This document shows positions 18,115-26,119 of a stretch of 29,187 nucleotides of DNA, one piece after another. Where the stretch lies: the NCBI GenBank assembly GCA_013695495.1, contig JACDAK010000139.1, forward strand, positions 1-29,187, given 5' to 3'. This DNA is from Blastocatellia bacterium. Its GTDB lineage: Bacteria > Acidobacteriota > Blastocatellia > Pyrinomonadales > Pyrinomonadaceae. Position numbers and translations under genes: made by a program. How positions within the stretch are numbered: the stretch's first letter is position 1; each line of letters opens with the position of its first letter. Under the pieces are notes generated by a model that did no database searches, was not told the origin of the DNA, and saw only the letters and a program-made list of their open reading frames with translations.

Positions 18115-18559
18115 CTATTTCTTCTTCATACATTTGATAGTGTGAGCGGCTCATCCCCACTTTTTCATAGACACGCTGGGCGTTTTCATTTTTGGTCTCC
18201 ACATATAATCGAAATCCGACGACATCGCCTTCCGCTGCCGCAAGTTCCTTGACCTTGCTATACATTTGCCCATAGATCTGCCGGCCACGCATCGCGGAGA
18301 TCACATAAACACTTTGAATCCACCAAAACCAGCCATTCCGCCAGTCGCTCCACTCATAGGTGACCATAAGGCCCGCGACGATCGAGTCCGTATCTTCAAC
18401 TACAAGATAGAATCCTCGTGAATCATCCTCGAAAACGGCGCTGACGCCTTCAGTAAGAATGGACGGGTCGAGCAGTTTCCCCTCGGTCTCCCTCGCCATT
18501 TTCTGATTAAACTCGACCAGCAATGGTATATCTTCCCTGGTTGCCGCTCTTATCTTCAT
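18098..18559 (-). CDS. GNAT family N-acetyltransferase
   Basis: AAGGAG SD fits ATG 18559 (MKIRAATREDIP). EWSDWRNGWFWWIQSVYV, acetyl-CoA motif MRGRQIYGQM, NAQRVYEKVGM. Confidence 0.9.
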   Translation of the reverse strand: MKIRAATREDIPLLVEFNQKMARETEGKLLDPSILTEGVSAVFEDDSRGFYLVVEDTDSIVAGLMVTYEWSDWRNGWFWWIQSVYVISAMRGRQIYGQMYSKVKELAAAEGDVVGFRLYVETKNENAQRVYEKVGMSRSHYQMYEEEIEKPGT

Positions 18560-18632
18560 ACGCATCTCCTTGACGAACCGCTGCGCGGAACTCTAATCTA
18601 GAATGTTTTGCCCGCAGGCAATATCGTCACAT

Positions 18633-19592
18633 ATGAAATTGAAGTTACTTTATCACGGGAATTGTTTCGACGGCGTTTCGTCTGCCGCCATATTCACCAA
18701 ATTCTACAACACGGCGATCCACCCCGGGGCGGAGGTGGAATATGCCCCCACGATGCACCGGGCAGGCAACGCGTTCGACCGCGAACAGCTAGACGGTGAC
18801 GAAAATGCGATCGTCGATTTTAAGTATTGTGCCGACGACCGGCTGACGTGGTGGTTCGACCATCATGTTTCCGCCTTCCTGTCAGAAGAGGACGAGGCCC
18901 ATTTTCGAGCCGACACTTCGGGTAAGAAGTTTTTGGACACCAACAGTGCGTCATGTGCGGAGTTTATCGCGCGGGTCGGTAAAGAACAGTTCAATTTTGA
19001 GGACCCTTTTCTTGCTGAGCTGATTGAGTGGGCGCACATTATCGATGGTGCGTTCTATGATTCTGCGGCTCAATGCGTGGAGCTGCGTTCGTCGGCGTTA
19101 AAGCTGATGCAGGTGATCGAGGGCGAAAAGGACCCGGCCTTTGTTGCACAGATCATAAGGTGGTTGACGCACCGTACGCTCGACGAGATCGTCGAAAGCC
19201 AAGAGATCAGTGGGCGTCTGGAACCGATTCTGGAACAGCACAAACATTCGACAGAGACGATTAGAGATCGATCGATATACGAGCGGGGGGTCGTTCGGTT
19301 CGACCTGGCGGGCACGGGCATTGAGGGCTATAACAAGTTCATCCCTTATTACTTTTTTCCGGAAACGACCTATAACGTATCTGTCAGCCAGAGTTCTTTC
19401 CGCACGAAGATCTCGGTCGGATCGAACCCATGGGCCCCGCGGCCGCGCATACATAACATTGCCGAGATCTGTGAAAGATACGGGGGCGGCGGCCATGCCG
19501 TTGTCGGCGCAGTGTCGCTCGCCCCCGATGAACTCGAGAAAGGCAGGGCTATAGCGGCTGAGATCGTTGAAGAGCTCAGCTTCGAAGATTGA
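18633..19592 (+). CDS. DHH/DHHA1 family phosphoesterase (nanoRNase-like)
   Basis: [22 protein letters not shown] (DHH motif), C-terminal [11 protein letters not shown]. Confidence 0.85.
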   Translation: MKLKLLYHGNCFDGVSSAAIFTKFYNTAIHPGAEVEYAPTMHRAGNAFDREQLDGDENAIVDFKYCADDRLTWWFDHHVSAFLSEEDEAHFRADTSGKKFLDTNSASCAEFIARVGKEQFNFEDPFLAELIEWAHIIDGAFYDSAAQCVELRSSALKLMQVIEGEKDPAFVAQIIRWLTHRTLDEIVESQEISGRLEPILEQHKHSTETIRDRSIYERGVVRFDLAGTGIEGYNKFIPYYFFPETTYNVSVSQSSFRTKISVGSNPWAPRPRIHNIAEICERYGGGGHAVVGAVSLAPDELEKGRAIAAEIVEELSFED

Positions 19593-20141
19593 TCAGGACC
19601 GCGTAAAGACCATCGTCGACGATAACTTGCCACGCGGCGTGTCCATCTCGCGTTTTACCGTAAGCGTTTGGCCCTCATCTGAGAGCGACCAATTCTCAAC
19701 CGTCGTCAAAGTGATCTCACCTGCGGGCGAATTCATCTTTCGAATGGAAGTTAGCTCTAGCCCCGTCCCGGCGGACTTTGCCGAAACTTTCGTTTCCATC
19801 GTGCCCATCTGCGATTCCTGCGACGTCGAGTGTTCCTTGCCATCAAGAGTGTAGGTGACTGTTCCGTCGCCGCCCATCAAACCCGGTCCGCGTGCCATTC
19901 CGCCCTGACGCCCGCCGCCCGCTCCGGCACCCTGCGGCTGTACACGCTTGGTCGTCGTCGCTACCGTGAGCGTTTCAGGGGAGTGCGTGACGGCGAGGGT
20001 GATCGATTCCACGCCGCCGCGCTCGTCCATTGTCGATTTGGCTTTATCAAGCGTCCACTTACCACCGTAATTTCCGCTTTGCGCAAACGCGCCGACTGAT
20101 GCGATGGCAAAAAGCGCCATCAAAATTGCAATTCTTTTCAT
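19593..20141 (-). CDS. Secreted hypothetical beta-barrel (lipocalin-like) protein
   Basis: GGAG SD. Signal peptide ending AFA-Q. N-terminal GKWTLDKAKS (GxW) motif, alternating beta-strand pattern, Gly-rich insert. Confidence 0.75.
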   Translation of the reverse strand: MKRIAILMALFAIASVGAFAQSGNYGGKWTLDKAKSTMDERGGVESITLAVTHSPETLTVATTTKRVQPQGAGAGGGRQGGMARGPGLMGGDGTVTYTLDGKEHSTSQESQMGTMETKVSAKSAGTGLELTSIRKMNSPAGEITLTTVENWSLSDEGQTLTVKREMDTPRGKLSSTMVFTRS

Positions 20142-20203
20142 TTTGATCTCCGTATGGAATTATTTGGCCAAGTCTTAGACGCTTCGACCGCATGTTTGGT
20201 TTG

Positions 20204-20229
20204 AGTCTAATTAGGTTAGACTACCGTTT
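20204..20229. promoter_or_regulatory. Candidate DtxR/MntR-family operator overlapping a -10 element
   Basis: AGTCTAA-N5-TTAGACT inverted repeat (20204-20222). TTAGGTTAGACTACCGTTT (20211-20229) matches 14/19 of TTAGGTTAGCCTAACCTAA. TAGACT lies 7 nt before the ATG. Confidence 0.45.
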
Positions 20230-20502
20230 ATGGACTGGAAAATTTTCGGCATGTCGTTTTTGACGCTGTTTCTCGCAGAATTGGGCGATAAAACTCAGCT
20301 TGCTGTGATCACCCTGTCGGCCCGTACCGACTCAAAGGTTGCTGTATTCCTCGGTGCAAGCCTCGCCCTCGTAATCGTGTCGCTGCTCGCCGTGCTCGTC
20401 GGCGGTGTACTTACGCAATGGGTGCCCACCGAATGGCTTCAGCGAATAGTTGCTGTTGCCTTTATTTCGATCGGCATATTAATGTTGCTCGGAAAATTAT
20501 GA
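20230..20502 (+). CDS. Half-size TMEM165/GDT1 (UPF0016) family Mn2+/Ca2+ transporter
   Basis: Single AELGDKTQ motif, three TM helices, 90 aa. Confidence 0.88.
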   Translation: MDWKIFGMSFLTLFLAELGDKTQLAVITLSARTDSKVAVFLGASLALVIVSLLAVLVGGVLTQWVPTEWLQRIVAVAFISIGILMLLGKL

Positions 20503-20506
20503 GCCT

Positions 20507-20937
20507 GTGCAAAAAAAAGTTTTCGGTTCGTCATTCCGGTATTTTTCAATGTCGTTAAGGTCGAACTTACGGGAGGACGTGCTTCTTGTCCAATTTGCAT
20601 CTATCGTTATCGCATCCACGCCGACGCCTACCTCGAGCCCGGAGTTCAACGCTGCGGTGGCGGCTGTTAGGTTGACCGGCACTGTGGACCCGGCCACCAT
20701 TAACGCGATAAGCGCTACCCAGAGGGAAGTCCAGAAGAAGGGCGCCGGCGGGCCGTTGATGGCCGTATCAGTCCGGCAAAAGCCGGATACAGTTACGGAG
20801 GTTCCCTCTGGACCATCGTGCATTTAAATGAATCAATGCAGGGACGGCACCTGGACCTCTGGCCTCGGATAGATCGAATCCCCGGATGTCCGCCGGAACT
20901 GAAGTCAATGGTTATAAGAACCGTTCAGGGCACATAG
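20507..20937 (+). pseudogene. Frameshifted gene, peptidoglycan-binding-domain-like hypothetical protein
   Basis: One frame reads NLREDVLLVQF...LTGTVDPATINAISATQREVQKKGAGG. After the G-run at 20750-20752 the -1 frame continues AVDGRISPAKAGYSYGGSLWTIVHLNESMQGRHLDLWPRIDRIPGCPPELKSMVIRTVQGT* to TAG at 20937. Together they fill the gap up to msrA. Confidence 0.5.
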
Positions 20938-20942
20938 CCGTC

Positions 20943-21479
20943 TTAACGCTTCAACTGGTCGACAAAAGCCTTGCGAAACTTCGAGACCTTCGGTGCGACG
21001 ACTGCAGCACAATAGGGCTGATTCGGATTGTTAGCAAAATATTCCTGATGATAGTCTTCCCCGGGCCAAAACTTCTCAAATTTTGAAACCTCCGTAACTA
21101 TCGGATCGCTATAGATCCCTGCCTCCGCAACTTCGCCGATTATCTCTTCCGCCGCCTCTTTTTGCTCGTCAGAATGATAGAAAATAGCCGAACGATACGA
21201 TGTGCCGATGTCGTTGCCCTGGCGGTTCAGCGTTGTCGGGTCATGCACGGTAAAGAACACGCGAAGGATTTCGCGGAAAGTGATCTCATCAGGATCGAAC
21301 GTGATCTGCACAACCTCCGCATGGCCCGTCGTTTCCGAGCAAACTTCCTGATAGGTCGGATTCTCTTTGTGGCCGCCGGAATATCCCGACACAACGTCGG
21401 TGACGCCTCTCAGATCGTCAAAAACCGCCTCAACACACCAAAAACATCCCGCACCCAAAGTCGCTTTTTCTTCTGCCAT
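20943..21479 (-). CDS. msrA: Peptide-methionine (S)-S-oxide reductase MsrA
   Basis: GAGCFWCVE, SGYSGG, TYQEVCSETTGHAE, DPTTLNRQGND.GTSYRSAIF, EDYHQEYF. Start MAEEK at 21479. Confidence 0.96.
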   Translation of the reverse strand: MAEEKATLGAGCFWCVEAVFDDLRGVTDVVSGYSGGHKENPTYQEVCSETTGHAEVVQITFDPDEITFREILRVFFTVHDPTTLNRQGNDIGTSYRSAIFYHSDEQKEAAEEIIGEVAEAGIYSDPIVTEVSKFEKFWPGEDYHQEYFANNPNQPYCAAVVAPKVSKFRKAFVDQLKR

Positions 21480-21559
21480 TTCTTCATCATACAGCACGGA
21501 CAAGCCGGCGCTCAAAGTCGAGATTGACTTGCGTGTATCTCGCCGCTATCGTCGTTGCA
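21480..21559. promoter_or_regulatory. Back-to-back sigma70 promoters, both apparently leaderless
   Basis: Minus: TTGAGC-N18-TATGAT-N6-ATG (msrA). Plus: TTGACT(21524-29)-N17-TATCGT(21547-52)-N7-ATG (CHY gene). No clear SD on either. Confidence 0.55.
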
Positions 21560-21901
21560 ATGCACGAGTTTTCAGTACAAGGCGAGCGGGTATTTGGCGT
21601 GGATGTCGACCGCGAAACGCGTTGCGCTCACTGGCACGGACCGACAGATGTGATCGCGCTAAAGTTCAAATGTTGCGGCCGCTGGTACCCCTGCTACGAA
21701 TGTCACACCGATGTCGCCGGCCACCCCGCAACCCAGTGGCCCGTGTCCGAGAGGTCGACCGAAGCGATACTCTGCGGTTCATGTGGAACAAAGCTGACCA
21801 TAGACGAATACTTCGCCGCGAGTTCAATCTGCCCAAAATGCAACCACGCATTCAACCCCGGCTGTGCAAAACACTACGACTTGTATTTCGAAATGGATTA
21901 G
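21560..21901 (+). CDS. CHY zinc-finger protein (Hot13-like)
   Basis: RCAHWH, KFKCCGRWYPCYECH, ILCGSCG, CPKCNHAFNPGCAKHY. Confidence 0.88.
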   Translation: MHEFSVQGERVFGVDVDRETRCAHWHGPTDVIALKFKCCGRWYPCYECHTDVAGHPATQWPVSERSTEAILCGSCGTKLTIDEYFAASSICPKCNHAFNPGCAKHYDLYFEMD

Positions 21902-22518
21902 CCCGTCCGCTCGACCACGTTGAATAGAAATTCAAAGATCTCCACATTCCGCCGAGCTTCATCAACAGTTTCGCCCCAAGTGTAAAGCCCGTTCCTTCGC
22001 AGAAATATTGCATGAATGTCCTTGTTCTCAAGCAGCACGTTTTCTACCACATGCGAAAGCGCCAGAAAATCCTGCGAGTTCTCCACTATCGGAATCGTCT
22101 CAGTGTGCTCGTGCGTCGTCACGCCCGCTAGCCCCTTCAACACCTCATATCCCTTTACCCGCAATGCGCCGTCCGTGAAGCTGCGATCCGAAAGGATCGT
22201 CCCCGCCACCGAATGCGAAAACAAAATACACCGAGCCTTTGGCCTTAATCGATAGACCGTCAGATGCAGCAGCGTCTCATCCGAAGGCTTACCAAACCCA
22301 TGCAATATCTCCGCATCGTCATCGATCTCAAGAAAGTTAGTGTCGTCGAGGTCGCCTTTCTCGTTTCCCGCCGCCGTTATCCAAAGCCGCATCGGCCGCC
22401 GAGCAAGCAGCACACTGAAGTTACCGCTCGTCCCCAGCGTCCATCCGCGCTGATAAAATTGCTTGCCCGCCTCGACAAGTTCCAGCGCCGGAGCCGGCAA
22501 TGATGAATCTTTAGCCAT
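21898..22518 (-). CDS. mtnB: Methylthioribulose-1-phosphate dehydratase homolog (class II aldolase fold) with a degenerate metal site
   Basis: GWTLGTSGNFS, KPSDETLLH, GYEVLKGL, EIFEFLF match MtnB. However HxH reads FSH and xxHG reads RRNG. Confidence 0.8.
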   Translation of the reverse strand: MAKDSSLPAPALELVEAGKQFYQRGWTLGTSGNFSVLLARRPMRLWITAAGNEKGDLDDTNFLEIDDDAEILHGFGKPSDETLLHLTVYRLRPKARCILFSHSVAGTILSDRSFTDGALRVKGYEVLKGLAGVTTHEHTETIPIVENSQDFLALSHVVENVLLENKDIHAIFLRRNGLYTWGETVDEARRNVEIFEFLFNVVERTG

Positions 22519-22521
22519 CGC

Positions 22522-24474
22522 CTATTCCTCGTCCTGCCGCAGTTTTTCCAGTACCGACAGATCCTCGAGCGTCGTCACGTCACCCGCAACCGCCGCCCCC
22601 GAAGCGATCTCACGCAGCAATCGCCGCATGATCTTGCCCGATCGCGTCTTCGGCAGCGCGTCGGTAAACCGCAGATCATCCGGCTTCGCCAGCGAACCGA
22701 TCTCCTTCGCCACATGTGCTCGCAGCGCTTCTTTCAATTCATCACACCCGCTGCGTCCACCCTCAAGCGTCACAAATGCGACGATCGCCTGCCCCTTAAG
22801 ATCGTCAGGCCGCCCCACAACCGCTGCTTCGGCAACCGCCTCATGGGAAACCAGCGCTGATTCAACCTCCGCCGTCCCCAACCGATGGCCGCTTACGTTG
22901 ATCACATCATCGACCCGCCCCATGATCCAATAGTTTCCCATGGCATCACGCCGCGCCCCGTCACCCGCAAAATAATTTCCCGGTATCTCCGACCAATAAG
23001 CCTGCTTGTACCTTTCATTATCTCCCCAGATCCCCCGCAGCATAGACGGCCACGGATGCTTGATCACCAGATAACCACCCTCGTTATCGCCGACGGAGAC
23101 CCCTGCCTTAGTCACAATATCAACAATGATCCCGGGCAGCGGGCGCGTAGCCGTACCCGGAACCGTCGGCGTCGCCCCAGGCAGCGGCGAGATCATGATC
23201 GAACCCGTCTCAGTCTGCCACCACGTATCAACGATTGGACACCGCCCCTTGCCGATAACCTTGTGATACCACATCCAAGCCTCCGGGTTGATCGGTTCAC
23301 CCACCGTCCCCAACAGGCGCAAACTAGAAAGGTCATGCTTCAGCGGATATTGCTCGCCCCACTTTATGAACGCACGTATCGCCGTCGGTGCCGTGTATAA
23401 AATATTGATCTTATGTCGGTCCACCACCGCCCAAAATCGATCAAAATCCGGATGATTCGGCGCCCCCTCATACATGAACACCGTCGCACCATTCGCCAGC
23501 GGCCCGTAAACCACATAGCTGTGCCCGGTCACCCATCCAATATCGGCCGTACACCAGTAAACGTCCTCGTCTTTGAGGTCAAACACTATCTTCGTGGTAT
23601 ACGCCGCCTGCGTCAGATACCCACCCGTAGTGTGCAAGATCCCCTTCGGTTTACCCGTCGTCCCCGACGTGTAAAGAATGTAAAGCGGATGTTCCGAATC
23701 AAGCTCCTCCGCCGGACAGTCCGCCGACACCGTCTGCATCAACTCATGCCACCAATGGTCTCGCCCCGCCTCCATCCTTATTTTCGAACCCGTCCGCCGC
23801 AAAACGACGACATGCTCGACCGACGGCGTCCCGGCAACGGCATTGTCCACCGTCTCTTTGAGCCGAATCTCCGCCCCCCGCCGATATCCCCCGTCAGCCG
23901 TGACGATCAACTTACACTCGCCGTCATTCACGCGATCCCTGATCGCTTCCGCCGAAAATCCGCCAAAGATCACCGTATGCGTCGCCCCGATCCGCGCACA
24001 CGCCAGCATCGCGATCGCCAGCTCCGGAACCAGCGGCATATACAGCGCCACCCGATCACCCGCCTCAACGCCGAGCTTCTTCATCACGTTCGCAAACTTG
24101 CTCACCTCCGAATGAAGCTGCAAATACGTAAGAGTCCGCACCTCGCCCGGCTCACCTTCCCAAATGATCGCCGACTTATTTTTCCTCGGCCCCGTCAGAT
24201 GTCGGTCCAAACAGTTATACGAAGCATTGATCTTGCCACCCACGAACCATTTCGCGAACGGCTCTTTCCATTCCAACACCCTGTCCCACTTCCTGAACCA
24301 ATGCAGCTGCTCCGCCTGTTCCGCCCAAAAAGCTTCCGGGTCCGCAGCCGCGCGGTCATAAAGCTCCTGATACTCGTCAAAGCTTTTTACGTGTGCATTG
24401 GCAGCAAACTGTTCAGATGGTTTGAAGATGCGGGATTCGTTGAGAATGGACTCGATAGCGATGGGCTCCGTCAT
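22522..24474 (-). CDS. acs: Acetyl-CoA synthetase
   Basis: [71 protein letters not shown] (acetylation Lys). Confidence 0.97.
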   Translation of the reverse strand: MTEPIAIESILNESRIFKPSEQFAANAHVKSFDEYQELYDRAAADPEAFWAEQAEQLHWFRKWDRVLEWKEPFAKWFVGGKINASYNCLDRHLTGPRKNKSAIIWEGEPGEVRTLTYLQLHSEVSKFANVMKKLGVEAGDRVALYMPLVPELAIAMLACARIGATHTVIFGGFSAEAIRDRVNDGECKLIVTADGGYRRGAEIRLKETVDNAVAGTPSVEHVVVLRRTGSKIRMEAGRDHWWHELMQTVSADCPAEELDSEHPLYILYTSGTTGKPKGILHTTGGYLTQAAYTTKIVFDLKDEDVYWCTADIGWVTGHSYVVYGPLANGATVFMYEGAPNHPDFDRFWAVVDRHKINILYTAPTAIRAFIKWGEQYPLKHDLSSLRLLGTVGEPINPEAWMWYHKVIGKGRCPIVDTWWQTETGSIMISPLPGATPTVPGTATRPLPGIIVDIVTKAGVSVGDNEGGYLVIKHPWPSMLRGIWGDNERYKQAYWSEIPGNYFAGDGARRDAMGNYWIMGRVDDVINVSGHRLGTAEVESALVSHEAVAEAAVVGRPDDLKGQAIVAFVTLEGGRSGCDELKEALRAHVAKEIGSLAKPDDLRFTDALPKTRSGKIMRRLLREIASGAAVAGDVTTLEDLSVLEKLRQDEE

Positions 24475-24509
24475 GCATCAAGTATAAATTATTGATGACA
24501 CATCGTTAA
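24475..24509 (-). promoter_or_regulatory. Sigma70 promoter, leaderless acs mRNA
   Basis: On minus: TTAACG-N17-TATACT-N6-ATG, no SD. Confidence 0.55.
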
Positions 24510-24541
24510 GCCATTTTTTCCGCCGCCTCCGACCGCAAGCT

Positions 24542-24569
24542 TTGGAACCGCACAGGATGCGTGTAAAAT
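24542..24569 (+). promoter_or_regulatory. Possible sigma70 promoter for the sugar ABC genes
   Basis: TTGGAA-N16-TAAAAT, followed by a small UTR hairpin GCTCGT/ACGAGC (24580-24596). Confidence 0.4.
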
Positions 24570-24608
24570 CGCCGGAACGGCTCGTCCTCAACGAGCGAAC
24601 CCGAACCT

Positions 24609-26117
24609 ATGCCGCTCCTGGAGATGAACGCGATAGCAAAGCACTTCGGCGCCACCCGTGCGCTCGACGGCGTCACCCTCTCAGTCGACGCCGGCGAATT
24701 TCACGCGATCGTCGGCGAAAACGGCGCCGGCAAGTCGACCCTGATGAAGGTCCTTTCGGGCGTTTACCCCGCAGGCTCATTCGCCGGTGAGATCAAGATC
24801 GACGGGCAGCAACAACGTTTCCGAACCGTGCGAGATTCCGAAGCCGCGGGCGTGGCCATCATCTTTCAAGAACTCTCGCTCGTACCCGAAATGAGCGTCG
24901 GCGAGAACATCTTCCTCGGCCGCGAACCTGCCACGCTCGGCGTCATCAACTGGCACAAGCTCTACGCCGACGCGTCCAAACTGACGCGCGATCTCGGACT
25001 TTCTATCGACCCGCGTCTCCCCATAAACCGACTTGGCATCGGCCAACAGCAGCTCGTCGAAATAGCCAAAGCACTGTCCCAAGATGCTCGAATCCTGATC
25101 CTCGATGAACCCACCGCCGCACTCACAGAATCCGAGGTTGAAACACTTTTTCGGATCCTCGCCGCCCTAAAAACCCGCGGCGTCGGCATCATCTACATCT
25201 CACATAAGCTCAACGAAGTTTTCCAAATGTCCGACCGCATCACCATCCTTCGCGACGGCAAAACGGTTGGCACCTTTGACGCCGACCGAACCTCAAAAGA
25301 AGCCGTCATCGCCGGCATGGTCGGCCGCGAAGTCAGCGACGTTTTCCCGGAGGGTGCATCGAAAAGCGGCGACATCGCATTTGAATGCACCGCGATCTCA
25401 GCACACCGCCTCGGCGAGGGAAGAAAGGTCGTCGACGAAGTATCCTTCAACGTACGAAAAGGCGAGATACTAGGCATTGCTGGCCTGATGGGTTCTGGCA
25501 GAAGCGAACTCTTAATGACCCTTTTCGGTGCATGGCAGGGGAGACGCTCCGGTCAGATCCGCGTCAGCGGTAAACCCGTAACGATCAGCTCACCCAAAGA
25601 CGCGATCAAAAACGGCGTCGCATTCGTTACCGAAGACCGCAAGCGTTACGGCCTGGTCCTTGATCAAACCATTAAAGCCAATCTCACCCTTGCGTCGCTG
25701 AAACGAACGTCGGACGGATTCTTGCTTAACCCCGCGAGAGAATCAGCCGCTGCCCGAGCCTCAATGACATCCCTGCGGATAAAGGCACCGTCTGCCGAAT
25801 CGATCGTCGGCGATCTTTCCGGCGGCAACCAGCAAAAGGTCGTGCTGGGAAAATGGCTGATGACGGAACCCACCGTGCTATTCCTCGATGAGCCGACACG
25901 CGGCATCGACGTCGGTGCAAAGCAGGAAATTTATGCGATGATCAACCGCTTGGCGGCTGAGGGCCTCGCGATCGTACTTGTCTCGTCCGAGCTGCCCGAG
26001 GTCCTCGGATTGTCAGATCGCGTCCTCGTGTTGCACAACGGACGCGTCGCCGCCGAGTTCAACAAGAACGACGCCACCGCCGAGAACGTGATGGCCGCCG
26101 CAACCGCAAACGCTTGA
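24609..26117 (+). CDS. CUT2 sugar ABC transporter ATP-binding protein (XylG/GguA-like)
   Basis: Tandem ABC domains: GENGAGKSTLMK, ILDEPTAAL, EDRKRYGL, LSGGNQQKV, LDEPTRGIDVGAK. Confidence 0.93.
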   Translation: MPLLEMNAIAKHFGATRALDGVTLSVDAGEFHAIVGENGAGKSTLMKVLSGVYPAGSFAGEIKIDGQQQRFRTVRDSEAAGVAIIFQELSLVPEMSVGENIFLGREPATLGVINWHKLYADASKLTRDLGLSIDPRLPINRLGIGQQQLVEIAKALSQDARILILDEPTAALTESEVETLFRILAALKTRGVGIIYISHKLNEVFQMSDRITILRDGKTVGTFDADRTSKEAVIAGMVGREVSDVFPEGASKSGDIAFECTAISAHRLGEGRKVVDEVSFNVRKGEILGIAGLMGSGRSELLMTLFGAWQGRRSGQIRVSGKPVTISSPKDAIKNGVAFVTEDRKRYGLVLDQTIKANLTLASLKRTSDGFLLNPARESAAARASMTSLRIKAPSAESIVGDLSGGNQQKVVLGKWLMTEPTVLFLDEPTRGIDVGAKQEIYAMINRLAAEGLAIVLVSSELPEVLGLSDRVLVLHNGRVAAEFNKNDATAENVMAAATANA

Positions 26118-26119
26118 AA

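Noticed and set aside
20745-20790. Programmed -1 ribosomal frameshift site
   Set aside because: No X XXY YYZ slippery heptamer upstream of the hairpin, and other shifts appear nearer the 5' end, so decay or sequencing error is more likely.
20497-20823. 108-aa minus-strand ORF with a TM-like stretch
   Set aside because: No SD or promoter seen, and it is antisense to the more protein-like frameshifted + strand gene. Not fully excluded.
20868-20895. tRNA-like 3' fragment (ATCGAATCCCC...TCCGCC)
   Set aside because: No T-stem pairing and no cloverleaf; it lies within the hidden coding frame.
23413-24495. 360-aa + strand ORF (also 22885-23400, 26521-27327, 27825-28484, 11273-11653 and others)
   Set aside because: These are antisense or out-of-frame shadows of well-supported genes (acs, permease, moaA, DUF3857), with Arg/Pro-rich, motif-free composition.
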